A stretch of DNA of 64,000 nt, from positions 1 to 64,000 of IMG/VR virus record IMGVR_UViG_3300035497_000279. One strand, written 5' to 3'. How positions within the stretch are numbered: the stretch's first letter is position 1; every line of letters starts with the position of its first letter. The notes under the pieces are model-generated. The model did no database searches. It saw only the letters and a list, made by a program, of their open reading frames with translations, and had not been told where the DNA came from. This document shows positions 9,540 to 20,272 of the stretch, in pieces. A program made the position numbers and the translations under genes. Source of the DNA: a virus (Duplodnaviria > Caudoviricetes).

Positions 9540-11390
9540 ATGCCAGTTGTAGGAGAAAGAAAAAATCCTAACATGGGTAATATGTCGAAAGATCCCATGT
9601 ATGCATATGCTGCTTCATTTATGGATACGCAGCAGAACATGCTTCGTGAAAATCGCGTAGATTATGGATTTGAGCCAGTTCGTGCACTGTCCATTCCTGG
9701 TAATCGCGACGCTTTGCAGAGATTCTTCGTAGAGAATTCTGCAATTTGTAAAGAACAGATGAGTACTGAGGAATATGAAGATCATCAGAAGATGATGAAT
9801 GAAGCGTTCGCCTCAGATATGCAGGCTGTACAGGAGAACGGAAATATTGGTATGGCTAGTTATAACCCGTTGGTAGGTCTGTCACTTCCGATGCATAAGT
9901 ATCTTATGCTGAATTGTGTATTTGCTCAGGCAGTACCGCGTTTTGTTGCTAAGAGTCCGTCATGGACAGAGACAATGGAGACCAGATTTATGGTTACTCC
10001 AGAAGGAAAGAAGATTGATATTGCTAACCAACAGAATCAGATCTTTGCAGCTTGGAAGTCAGCTAATAAGCCGATCGAGGTTGAGATTGCTCTTCCTGAG
10101 ATGCAGACAATTGATATTCTGAATGAGTATTTCCATGTAGATCGTCATAGTCACAATTTGTCTGTAGCAACTCATATTTCTGCTGTTGCTATTGAGGATT
10201 ATGTTGAGGCTGGAACTGAGGTTATTACCATTGATTCCTCTACCGGTGAGATCACTGAGAGTGAGGCATCTGAAGATGGTGTGGCTCTTGTTTGGAAGCC
10301 ATGGATCGCCGAGTTCAATCCGGGATATGGTGAGTACAACAGAATTATCACCAAGCCTGTAGATATTCTGGTAACAAATGCTGATGGAGAGCAGGAGGCA
10401 TTCCATGACTCTATCTTTGCTACTCAGATGGATAATATGTTTGAGATCAACTCTGGTGGAAAGATCAAGGCTGTTAAGCTTTGGGCTCGTTATGATGCAT
10501 CTTCTCGTATGCTTAAGACTAACCGCGTAGAGTGGTCAGAGCGTACAACGTTCGTACAGATTCCTGAGAATGATGGAATTACCATTCCGATCACTCCTGA
10601 GGAGGTAAAGGATATCGGAGCTTCTTATGGAATTAATCAGGTTACTAAGTACATGAGCATGATCAAGGATATTCTTGAGAATGTTAAGGATGATGATATT
10701 CATGAGCAGCTCGATGAGTCATTCATGAGATTGGATGATGAGCATAAGCTTGCTAAGACAATTGATTTCGCTCCGAGAGAGGGATATTACTCTGATCATC
10801 TTGAGTGGTTACAGCGTACATTCATGAACACTCTTGAGCAGTATATTACTGGCTTACTTACTGTTCTTCGTGACCCGAATATGCAGATTTGCATTATTGG
10901 TCGTCCTGCAATTATCCGTCAGATTACTCCTGTAGAGTATAGTTATAGTACTCCTACAAGTGTAGGACCGATTGAGCTTGACTTTAAGAAGACTGTAGTA
11001 AGCTCTGATCATAGAGTTTACAACTTCCTGTCATCAGATAAGTTATTTACAAATGATAACCTTATTGTACTTTTGATTCCGAAGAATACTGATCGTATCG
11101 TATATCGTCTGTATGATTATCAGATGTATATCAGTAATGAGATCCGTGATGCTGAGAATCCGGCGCTTCCGGCACTGACAGCATTCCAGAGATATAAATT
11201 CTTTAGTTATCAGCCGGTACAGGGTAGATTGTTTGTTGCTAATCCGAGTGGATTACGTGAGCATCTTCCTGCAATTGATCCGATTGGACCGCAGTATGCT
11301 AACAACGATCTTGGTTCTGTATATACACATTATGATGCAGCAACAGGAAAGAATGTAGCTACTCCGAATGAGCTTCCTACAACAGATTAG
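9540..11390 (+). CDS. Major capsid protein (precursor)
   Basis: 616 aa, follows protease and scaffold-like genes, strongly biased codon usage, own late promoter and terminator, ~100-aa N-terminal propeptide-like segment ending VQE. Confidence 0.75.
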   Translation: MPVVGERKNPNMGNMSKDPMYAYAASFMDTQQNMLRENRVDYGFEPVRALSIPGNRDALQRFFVENSAICKEQMSTEEYEDHQKMMNEAFASDMQAVQENGNIGMASYNPLVGLSLPMHKYLMLNCVFAQAVPRFVAKSPSWTETMETRFMVTPEGKKIDIANQQNQIFAAWKSANKPIEVEIALPEMQTIDILNEYFHVDRHSHNLSVATHISAVAIEDYVEAGTEVITIDSSTGEITESEASEDGVALVWKPWIAEFNPGYGEYNRIITKPVDILVTNADGEQEAFHDSIFATQMDNMFEINSGGKIKAVKLWARYDASSRMLKTNRVEWSERTTFVQIPENDGITIPITPEEVKDIGASYGINQVTKYMSMIKDILENVKDDDIHEQLDESFMRLDDEHKLAKTIDFAPREGYYSDHLEWLQRTFMNTLEQYITGLLTVLRDPNMQICIIGRPAIIRQITPVEYSYSTPTSVGPIELDFKKTVVSSDHRVYNFLSSDKLFTNDNLIVLLIPKNTDRIVYRLYDYQMYISNEIRDAENPALPALTAFQRYKFFSYQPVQGRLFVANPSGLREHLPAIDPIGPQYANNDLGSVYTHYDAATGKNVATPNELPTTD

Positions 11391-11404
11391 TTTTTAGATT
11401 TAGA

Positions 11405-11440
11405 TATCCAGGTAGGTATTATCCTACCTGGATATATTTT
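11405..11440 (+). terminator. Intrinsic terminator after the capsid gene
   Basis: atatccaggtagg-tattat-cctacctggatat followed by T-rich tract. Confidence 0.75.
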
Positions 11441-11500
11441 ATACCAAGAGCATAGATTGAACAAATAAATAAAACTTATTTGTTTGAGGAGGTGTTAAAA

Positions 11501-11692
11501 TTGTCTAATATAATAGATAAACGTTCTGTTGTAAATATGGATTATTCATTAGAGAAACCAAAGAATAACTACCCTATGAATGATTTAGGATCTGTATATA
11601 CTCATTATGATCCTGTGTTGCATAAGAATGTTACGACACCAAATACATTATCGTCTAAGGAGGATATTAATAATGGAAAAGACAGCAAGTAA
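11501..11692 (+). CDS. Small protein paralogous to the capsid C-terminal tail
   Basis: TTG start with GAGGAGG SD, late promoter at 11460-11471, contains NDLGSVYTHYD-x4-KNV-x-TPN shared with the capsid C-terminus. Confidence 0.7.
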   Translation: MSNIIDKRSVVNMDYSLEKPKNNYPMNDLGSVYTHYDPVLHKNVTTPNTLSSKEDINNGKDSK

Positions 11693-12815
11693 TTTTAATT
11701 TTTCTATAATGGAAAAGTTATTGTCTAATCTGGATGCAGATCATTCTGGTAGTACATTATCTAAATTAAAAAATGAAATAAACAGATTCTTTTCTAAAGC
11801 AAAATGTAGAGATATTCTGTATACTGTAAATACAGATAAGATGTTTTTCGGTATGAGAGTATACCCATTATTTAATGGTGATGATGCTTTAGAGATGATT
11901 GGTAATGAAAAAACAAAACCTATTGAGCAATACTATCTTGAATTAGATTCCAAGTTATTTGATCCAATGCTTGCTTTGGATGAAAAAGAGCTTACAGCAA
12001 TATTATTACATGAGATTGGTCATATTGTATATGATACTGAAACTATTGATGAAGTACGTAAACAAGTCGATTTATATTTTGCTGCTACTGGAGATTATGC
12101 TGATCTTAGAGCATCCAAGGGGTATAAAGAATTACTTGGTTATGCATTAAAGGATGCAGTAATGAAAGCTGGTTCTTTATTTACAAGATATAATAATGAT
12201 GAATTAATTGCTGATGCATTCGTTACTAGTTGTGGGTATGGACCATATCTTGAAACGGCTATGAGAAAGATCATGCATTCTTCTGTATATATGAATAAAG
12301 ATATAGATGATCGTTTTATTACTCTTAGTTGGGTATTAAGATTAAGAACAGAATTTGGAGTAAGAAGACTCCCTGCAATTCATACTCTTAATAAAGCTAA
12401 ACAGCTTACGTCATCTCAGTTAGAGAAGAGAGAAATTGATTATGCTTTAAGATTACTTAATAATATGGATGATCCTATTTCTGAAGGTGTTATTGATGCA
12501 GTAGCAAGCAGATTCTCAAAGAAGTTTAATGAATTTAAAATTAAAGGAATCAGATCAATTAAGAATGATGTGTATGAACTTAATTTAAGATTAAGATGTG
12601 CACAAACAGAAGAGGATCTTTTATATATAATTAGAACAATTAATTCTGATATTGCTATCCTACAGGATTATTTATCTGAAGATTTATCAAATGAAGAACG
12701 ACAGTCGGTTGTGGATACATTGCAGGAGCTTTATGATGTAAGACAAAAGGCTGCTAAAGAGAAAAGTGTTAAAGATTTAACCAATTCAATGCTTACAGTT
12801 ATATACCCAGATTGA
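11673..12815 (+). CDS. Zincin-type metallopeptidase-like virion protein
   Basis: AILLHEIGH plus ELIAD motif; SD AAGGAGG before ATG 11673. Confidence 0.65.
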   Translation: MEKTASNFNFSIMEKLLSNLDADHSGSTLSKLKNEINRFFSKAKCRDILYTVNTDKMFFGMRVYPLFNGDDALEMIGNEKTKPIEQYYLELDSKLFDPMLALDEKELTAILLHEIGHIVYDTETIDEVRKQVDLYFAATGDYADLRASKGYKELLGYALKDAVMKAGSLFTRYNNDELIADAFVTSCGYGPYLETAMRKIMHSSVYMNKDIDDRFITLSWVLRLRTEFGVRRLPAIHTLNKAKQLTSSQLEKREIDYALRLLNNMDDPISEGVIDAVASRFSKKFNEFKIKGIRSIKNDVYELNLRLRCAQTEEDLLYIIRTINSDIAILQDYLSEDLSNEERQSVVDTLQELYDVRQKAAKEKSVKDLTNSMLTVIYPD

Positions 12816-12979
12816 TAAATTATATAGGGAAGCATTAATTGCTTCCCTATTTATAGTCACTTTATATAACTTTATAATACTTTAGATCTTGTTCATTATT
12901 ATTTGTATTATTTTACATTGTATATTACATGGAATTAAATAAAAATAACTTAATAATATTATCTAAGGAGGATTTAACT

Positions 12980-13753
12980 ATGTCATTTAAAAGCTATAGC
13001 AATAATAATAACGATAATCAGCCCACTAATACAACTTATACACCTATTTCATTTTCTAATCCAGAATCAGAAGTTAGTCAGACAAGAATCTCCATTAGTT
13101 ACTTTAATAGATTAATGAAGATTTCTATAGCTAATAAACTTTCTGGAGGATCTAATGATCAGTATGCTTCATACGATAATGATAATCAGGCATCTGTTTA
13201 TATCTCATTTACTAAAGCTAAGATTCTTCTTGATTTGATCAAGAATAAATTACTTGCTGATGATGATGTTCATAATGTATGTATTGAAACAAAGCAGGGT
13301 TTATTTAAAGTATCTGATGGTGTAGAGTTTGGATCTACAATGCCATGTATTTCTATAAGTTCAGCAGATGCTTCTGGCAATGTAACAGAGACAGTATATC
13401 AGTGCAAGAATGATTTCTATACAGGAGCCTATAATTACAGTGATGGCAAGTATTCTACTATGAAATTTGATGATATGGAGTTGAGTACATTCATGATGGT
13501 TCTTGAAGAGTATTATAAATCATCATCTTATGCTATAGCTTCATCTATAATGGAAGCAAGTATGTATAAACGTGAAGGTCATTATAGTCTTACTAAGTCT
13601 ATTGCCGATAAAGTAGGAGTTGTTACCAATAATACTAAGTCTGGTAATTATAACAGTAAGACATTTTTAGCTGGAGATGGTAATATGACAGGATCATCAA
13701 GTGGTTATGAATCAGCAACATTTGATGATATTGCCAATTCTATGGTTTCATAA
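12980..13753 (+). CDS. Hypothetical protein, possibly ssDNA-binding
   Basis: Beta-rich core, flexible tail with acidic FDD end; SD before ATG 12980; function is a guess. Confidence 0.55.
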   Translation: MSFKSYSNNNNDNQPTNTTYTPISFSNPESEVSQTRISISYFNRLMKISIANKLSGGSNDQYASYDNDNQASVYISFTKAKILLDLIKNKLLADDDVHNVCIETKQGLFKVSDGVEFGSTMPCISISSADASGNVTETVYQCKNDFYTGAYNYSDGKYSTMKFDDMELSTFMMVLEEYYKSSSYAIASSIMEASMYKREGHYSLTKSIADKVGVVTNNTKSGNYNSKTFLAGDGNMTGSSSGYESATFDDIANSMVS

Positions 13754-13768
13754 ATAAGGTGATGTTAC

Positions 13769-14443
13769 ATGAAGAAAGATAATGTAATCTTAGCTAATTT
13801 TGAGTTTTTGGTTGATCTTGATTTGGCAATGTATAGGTTTATAAAAGATAAGTTCTCTAATTCTAAGTATGTAGATCAGGAATTTATAAATGAACCTAAT
13901 GAAGATAAAGTTATCTATAAACTTCTTAATAGAATTCATATAAACCCATTAGAAATCATAATGCCAGAGGCAGATACAACTAGTTTGTATTATGAATTAT
14001 TAGACGAGAACTATGAGGAATTGTTATCATATGCAACAGCATATGATACATTCCCCTTACTAATTACTCTATTGAATAATGCTTCATCATTAGATATAGT
14101 AGTGCGGTGTAAGAATAAGTTGGAAAAGGAGTTTATAAACAATCTAAATCCAAGAATTAATGCTAAGATTATACCTACAAGACATGAAATAGATCTTAAA
14201 GATTATACTGTAATATATGAAAAATATTTTGCTAATCTTATAGAATATAATAATCTTGCTGTAAAGCATATTTATATTGCTGCTGCTAAATTTAATATGG
14301 AGCCTGATAGAGACATGATTAATGGTTCTCTAGCCATATTATTTGGTGATGTAAATATAATTCATTTAATGGATTTATATAGGTATGTAAAATTTAGATT
14401 TAAGAAAACGGAGGAGGATGCAACAGATGAAGATTTACTCTAA
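13769..14443 (+). CDS. Hypothetical protein, possibly a degenerate HAD fold
   Basis: N-terminal LVDLD motif; overlaps the chaperonin start. Confidence 0.55.
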   Translation: MKKDNVILANFEFLVDLDLAMYRFIKDKFSNSKYVDQEFINEPNEDKVIYKLLNRIHINPLEIIMPEADTTSLYYELLDENYEELLSYATAYDTFPLLITLLNNASSLDIVVRCKNKLEKEFINNLNPRINAKIIPTRHEIDLKDYTVIYEKYFANLIEYNNLAVKHIYIAAAKFNMEPDRDMINGSLAILFGDVNIIHLMDLYRYVKFRFKKTEEDATDEDLL

Positions 14444-16160
14444 TATTGTTCCAGAACAGAAAGTGCGGGAAGTTCAGAGAGAAACACTCACAATTATAGC
14501 AGATGCATTAAAAAAGTCATTTGGTCCAAAAGGTTCAACCACTGCATTTGTTAGAGATATGGATAAGAATAGTTATAATATATCTGTAGAGCATACTAAA
14601 GATGGTCATACGATTATAAATAATATAAGATTTCTTAATCCAATTGAACGATCAGTTCAGAATTTGCTTAGTGATCTTACTGGGTATATCGTAAAGGAGG
14701 TTGGTGATGGTACAACATCAGCAATTATTCTTTGTAAGACTGTATTTGATGCTCTTTGTGACAATACAATCATATCCAATGATGCACCATCAGACATATT
14801 ACATGATTTTGGAGAGATTGTAGAGGAAGCAAAATCTAGAATCTTAAAGAATGGTTGGGAATGCAGCATTAATGATATTTATGATATAGCTCTTATATCT
14901 ACCAATAATAATGAAGAGATAGCTGGAACTATTAAAGCTATCTATGAAGAGTTTGGTATGGATGTATATATTGACGTAGGAATTTCTAATGAAGTAAATA
15001 ATCTGGTTAAGAAGTATGATGGTATGACTATTGATACTGGATTTGCAAATACATGCATGGTTAATAATCATACTAATAATACAGCAAATATTAATAACCC
15101 TAAGATTTATTGCTTTAATGATCCCATTGATACACCAGAGATGCTTGGGTGGTTAGATGCTATTATTGAGAATAATATTATTAGGTGCTATCGTCAGGGC
15201 AGTGTATATGAACCAGTACCAACAGTAATATTCTGCAAATCTATATCTCCAGATACAAGTTCTTACTTTGAGACTGTAATTAGGCTTATGAATAGTGTAC
15301 CTAACGTACCACTTCTTATTGTAAGTGATATTCATCAGGAATATATGTATGAGGATATTGCTAAGATGTGTGGTGCTCCATGGATTAAGAAGTATATTAA
15401 TCCTGATATTCAAAAGGCTGATATAGAAGCTGGATTGGCTCCTACACCTGAAACAATATTAGATTTCTGTGGAAGTGCAGAACTTGTAGTTTCAGATCAG
15501 CTTAAAACTAAGGTTATTAATCCATCTGAAATGTTTACTGTTGATGAGAATGGTAATCGTGTATATTCAGATACATACAATATGATGGTTAATTACTTAG
15601 AGACTCAAGTAGAGAAAGCTAAGAATGATAATGCAGGAGTAACAGAAGTACAACATGCTAAGAGAAGGTTAAACAACTTTAAGGGCAATATGGTAGACTT
15701 CTTAATTGGTGGAATGACTCTTGCTGATCGTAATAATCTTAAAGCTTCTGTAGAAGATGCTATATTTAACTGTAGATCTGCTGCTAAATATGGTGTAGGA
15801 TATGGTGCTAATTTTATGGCATTTGATGTATTACATGATATGCTTAGAGAATGTATTGATTTTAAAAGTAGACGCTATGTTTATATACATATTTTATATG
15901 AAGCATATACAAACCTCATATCCATCCTATACAATGTAGAAGATGGTTCTGTTGAACAAAATGGACTTATTTCAGATCTGTTTTATAATGAATGCCCTCT
16001 TAATATTCGTACCAATATGTATAATTACGATGTAAAATCATCCATAAAGTCGGATGTTGTTATTCTTGATACTATTAATAAAGTTCTAATGCTTATGTTT
16101 ACAACTAATCAATATCTCGTTCAAACACCTGCTCACAATGTGTATAGTGCTGATGATTAA
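14427..16160 (+). CDS. groEL: Phage chaperonin, GroEL-like
   Basis: SFGPKG, TKDG, VGDGTTS, YDGM and EDA motifs of the Cpn60 family. Confidence 0.92.
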   Translation: MKIYSNIVPEQKVREVQRETLTIIADALKKSFGPKGSTTAFVRDMDKNSYNISVEHTKDGHTIINNIRFLNPIERSVQNLLSDLTGYIVKEVGDGTTSAIILCKTVFDALCDNTIISNDAPSDILHDFGEIVEEAKSRILKNGWECSINDIYDIALISTNNNEEIAGTIKAIYEEFGMDVYIDVGISNEVNNLVKKYDGMTIDTGFANTCMVNNHTNNTANINNPKIYCFNDPIDTPEMLGWLDAIIENNIIRCYRQGSVYEPVPTVIFCKSISPDTSSYFETVIRLMNSVPNVPLLIVSDIHQEYMYEDIAKMCGAPWIKKYINPDIQKADIEAGLAPTPETILDFCGSAELVVSDQLKTKVINPSEMFTVDENGNRVYSDTYNMMVNYLETQVEKAKNDNAGVTEVQHAKRRLNNFKGNMVDFLIGGMTLADRNNLKASVEDAIFNCRSAAKYGVGYGANFMAFDVLHDMLRECIDFKSRRYVYIHILYEAYTNLISILYNVEDGSVEQNGLISDLFYNECPLNIRTNMYNYDVKSSIKSDVVILDTINKVLMLMFTTNQYLVQTPAHNVYSADD

Positions 16161-16227
16161 ATCAACAATGGGACTGGATGGCTCCAGTCCCTAAAAAGTA
16201 ATAAGAAGAATAGTAGTTGTGAGGTGA

Positions 16228-17031
16228 ATGGTAATGGAGATGACTTTTAATAAGTATATAGGTAATCCAACTGGGGGTACATCTGCTATAACCAATAGAA
16301 AGATGTATAAAAACTTATATACTGAGAAATTTGATATTTTGATGGTGAGGGAGAATGGAGAGTTAAAGTTTAAAGTTTATAAGGCAAAAGATTTTAACGA
16401 TACTCATTATATCCATTTTAAAATGCCATCTGAAACTTGTAGTGGAATATATTATGACACAGTAATCCAACTTAGTACAACATCTAAAGAGGCTAAGTCT
16501 AGTGCTAATCTTAGAGGCTATAATATTAAATTCTATTCCAATGATCCAGCATTTGTTTATTCATTTGCTCATGCTTTCAATAAGAATGGATTATTCATTC
16601 AAGACTTAAAAGATAAGATGAGCAGACAAGCATTAAGAGATGTTGCTAAAGTAAGAAATCCTAAAGATGATATTTTCTATGTAAAATCATTATATTTTGC
16701 TTATTTAGCTATGGATAGATATAATCTATTTGATAGAAAAACTTTAGATGATCGTGCTGAAAAATATTCTAGAGGCGTTATGCGTAGGGACATAATGCAT
16801 TCAGAAGATAAGTTAGTAGAGATCAATGATGCCAAGGAGAAGGCAAAAAAAGGTAAGCAAGATAGTAAAGCTAATGATATAAAAAAATATAACGATAAAA
16901 GAAACCAAGATGTAAAGTCAAAGCAATCAAATATTACAAATACATCTAAGGTTTCTAAAATTATAAAAAAGACACCTACAACAAAATCTAGTAAGACCAC
17001 AAAGATTGTTGGTATGAAAAGGAAGTCTTAA
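16228..17031 (+). CDS. Hypothetical protein with a basic C-terminal tail
   Basis: 267-aa ORF between the chaperonin and the sigma-like gene. Confidence 0.7.
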   Translation: MVMEMTFNKYIGNPTGGTSAITNRKMYKNLYTEKFDILMVRENGELKFKVYKAKDFNDTHYIHFKMPSETCSGIYYDTVIQLSTTSKEAKSSANLRGYNIKFYSNDPAFVYSFAHAFNKNGLFIQDLKDKMSRQALRDVAKVRNPKDDIFYVKSLYFAYLAMDRYNLFDRKTLDDRAEKYSRGVMRRDIMHSEDKLVEINDAKEKAKKGKQDSKANDIKKYNDKRNQDVKSKQSNITNTSKVSKIIKKTPTTKSSKTTKIVGMKRKS

Positions 17032-17089
17032 TGTATATTTTCGTTGTATACTATATAATTAGCAATATGGTGGGAGGTGTTTATAAACC

Positions 17090-19886
17090 ATGATTATGTG
17101 TCATATTATAGACAGGAGTAATTTTATACCTGTCGATGAATGGGGTTCAGAAAAGTATCCAGTAGACCCAAAAGATGTTATATTCAAAAATATTAAAGGG
17201 GAGATTATACTTCCTATAGCAGAGTTCTTTTCAGTCGATCAGTCTGATGAAGCAAGACAGTTAGACTACTTTGCTATGAATAGTAAGCGTTCTTATAATT
17301 CAGATAAGATGCGAGATCATATATGTCAGTACATGAACTATTTTGAAAGGTTTTATGATTATGACAAAGAGCTTCTTATGTTAACCTATAATATGAAGAC
17401 CATTATAGATTATGAACGTCTTTATACAAAAGATGCTTTCATGAATGATATAAATCGTTATATTATTAGGAATAACTCTATATCTAGAAAGATCGTTCAT
17501 TTTGTAGAAGATAACTACAGTATGAAATTGTCAAATAATGGAGGCAGAACTCCAAATTTACAGTTTACAGACGGTCATGCTAAGATATTATATGAAATTT
17601 CATTAATGATGGATATGTACATACCACTTGCTACACACTATATGTATATGCATATGATAAGAAGTTCAGCAGAAGTACAAGACTTTATGCTTGAATTATT
17701 TGATATGTGTATGGTAAAGTATGAAGAGGAGAGGGGTATATACATTTATGATAAGATTTATGAAACTGCATTATCTGTAGTGAATAAATCTAAGAATCCT
17801 GATAAGAAGTTATGGGATAAGAACTTCATTAGAGGTAATAATCCTACAACTCATACTAAGGATTCTGTAAATGACGTGATTTTACAGATCATGCCTAAAT
17901 ATTCATATGATAATAATATCATTAATTTCAACTATTATTCTAATAGAAAATCTCTTCAATATAAAATTACTGATATTGCATATGAGTATCAATTAAATAG
18001 ATTATCATCATCTGAAAGAGATGAAGATCAGAACTCAGAGTACGATCAAAAATACGGTCGCCATATAATAGTAATATTGTGTGGAAAAGCTTTCTAAATG
18101 CTGAAAAATGGTAAAGCTCTGGAGCTCTTATTATAAGAGAATCGAAAGATAGAAACAAAGTACAGAGATGAGTCATGGTGAAATACAAGCTTTGTATATA
18201 CGCCTAATATACAAGGTCCTAAAACTTATTAACAATTCATGATCAGCAGCGAAGACTAATAATTATACATTGGTTGCATTCATGGAGGTGATTTATATAT
18301 GATTCTTCCGGAATACAAACAAGAATACGAATGTAAAAGGATGTTACCAGAATGGGTATTTCCAGACGTTATGAGATACTATTCAGTTAGCTCATATGGT
18401 TATATTCATAATTTGGCAACTGGAAATTACTTACCAAAAGCAACAAGTTTTGATAGTAACGAATACGTGTCAGTACATTTAAAAAGACACGATGGAAGTA
18501 TACTTAGTACATCATTGCATAGAATAATATTAATGACGTTTTTATACATTGATGGATGTGAGTATTTAGATGTAAATCATAAAGATGGTATAAAATATCA
18601 TAATTGGATATGGAATTTAGAATGGGTTACTCGTGAAGAAAATGTACATCATGCTTTTTCTAATAATTTAATATCTTTAGGTGAAGATAGAATTAGTTCT
18701 GTGCTTACCAATAATCAAGTTCATGAAATATGTAAGCTAATAGAATTAGGATATTCTACTAAAGATATTTGTAACATATTAAATTATGATAATTGCGATC
18801 TCAGAAGAATAATATGTAATATAAAAGCAGGATTAAGTTGGAAATCAATATCGTCTTTATATGATTTTAGTTCAGCATATAAAAATAAATATTTATTTAC
18901 TAATGATCAAATACATTTTATTTGTCACTACTATCAAACTTATGGTAAAGATATTATAACAGCAAATAGCATTTTGAAATTAATAGGTATAAATACAGAT
19001 ATTCTTACAGATAAAGAATTATCTAATTATTTTACCTGTATATCAAATATTAAACACAAGAAGACTTTTAAAGAAATATGCAATTTGTATAATTATTAGT
19101 AACGTTCAACGACTATATATGTAGCACCCAAGTGGGTCTGGCACGCTCAATAAGTCCAGGTAAGTCGAAATGGAAGCATATCCTGCAAAGGATAGTGATA
19201 TAGTCTCCTCTTCTAGCTAATTACTAGAGAAGTTCATAAGAGAACTGCGAAGATTAACGACCTTCGTGAAGATTTGGAGGTATGAGGCAAGGTTAAACAA
19301 GAAGGATGAAGCATTGTTCCTACAGAATAAAGTATCTAGTGAACAAGCAGTAAAAATAATTGAAAATGCGTATGGGCCATTTTCTGATGAAGAGATTGAG
19401 CATTATAGAAAAGCATTAACCAGAGGGGGATCTCAAATTATAAATAAGACAACTAGTACATTAGTTGGATATGTATTTTATAAAGATTTGGGTGATCCTG
19501 AGACATGGAAGAGCATTCCTAGCTCTATTGATTATATCAAGCTTATTATAGCTGCTAAAAATATGTTGTTAGGAATGGGCATGATATTATTGCCTTGGAT
19601 AATCTCTTCTAAGGTTGTACGTCAATCAAGCAAAAAAGCTATCACTAAAAACAATGCTACAGAGATTAGAAATGCAGAACTTTATAACGAGATTCAAAAT
19701 AAATATCAGAACCCAAAAGTATTGAATACACTATTTGAACTTATTGGTACTATTAAATCTTCCCAATTTGAAATTATTGATTGGAATAGAGAGAATAATT
19801 GTCCTGGTAAAAGGGATGGTGAACTTGTACCTATGATTAGTGATAATCTTGATGATGAATTACTAATGTTTTCACTTTATATATAA
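17090..19886 (+). CDS. Spliced gene, probable promoter-specificity (sigma-like) subunit of the non-virion RNA polymerase (AR9 gp226/phiKZ gp68-like); exons 17090-18046 and 19278-19886
   Basis: Intron removal gives a continuous 521-aa frame (..DEDQNSEYD|RYEARL..); lies two genes from the chaperonin, as gp226 and gp228 do in AR9; early-type promoter; function inferred. Confidence 0.55.
18047..19277 (+). mobile_element. Group I intron (IA-like) carrying an HNH homing endonuclease
   Basis: 5' splice after U with P1 cgaU/Gucg; core elements aaatgctgaaaa, atcagcagcg, gttcaacgactat, gatatagtct; P6a stem actaataattatac/gtataattattagt encloses the ORF; ends in G 19277. Confidence 0.88.
18299..19099 (+). 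CDS. Intron-encoded HNH homing endonuclease
   Basis: NUMOD4-like YSVSSYG, LHRII, VNHKDGIKYHNWIWNLEWVTREEN HNH motif, repeated C-terminal helical motifs. Confidence 0.9.
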   Translation: MILPEYKQEYECKRMLPEWVFPDVMRYYSVSSYGYIHNLATGNYLPKATSFDSNEYVSVHLKRHDGSILSTSLHRIILMTFLYIDGCEYLDVNHKDGIKYHNWIWNLEWVTREENVHHAFSNNLISLGEDRISSVLTNNQVHEICKLIELGYSTKDICNILNYDNCDLRRIICNIKAGLSWKSISSLYDFSSAYKNKYLFTNDQIHFICHYYQTYGKDIITANSILKLIGINTDILTDKELSNYFTCISNIKHKKTFKEICNLYNY

Positions 19887-19897
19887 GGGGGATTGTT

Positions 19898-20140
19898 ATG
19901 AATAATACAGAAGCTATGATTAAAGATAAAACTTTCCGTATGCAATTAACTAATGCTAGAAAGGCAAAGAAGTTAACTCAAAAAGAGGTTGCCTTAGAAA
20001 GTGGTTTATCTGAATCATGCGTATCTAATATAGAGTCTGGTAGTGATTCATCTCCTACATTAAGGAGTCTTATTAGATATGCTAATGCTGTTGGCATAGA
20101 ATTTTATGTTGGATTTGATATTACAAATGAACCAACATAA
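19898..20140 (+). CDS. XRE-family helix-turn-helix regulator
   Basis: RKAKKLTQKEVALESGLSESCVSNIESG..PTL..L..YA.A.G. Confidence 0.9.
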   Translation: MNNTEAMIKDKTFRMQLTNARKAKKLTQKEVALESGLSESCVSNIESGSDSSPTLRSLIRYANAVGIEFYVGFDITNEPT

Positions 20141-20272
20141 TTATAAAGTGTGTAACTTATTAATCGGTATCTTTCTCTGTCAAAATATATTCAGGTTGTC
20201 TTTATGACAACCTGGAATATTTTGTGCGATATTATTTTTTCTAATACATGCAATTAAGAAAGGTGATGAAAT

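Noticed and set aside
11301-11660. Capsid-tail duplication as a DGR template/variable repeat pair
   Set aside because: Differences are largely synonymous and not adenine-specific, and there is no reverse transcriptase in the window
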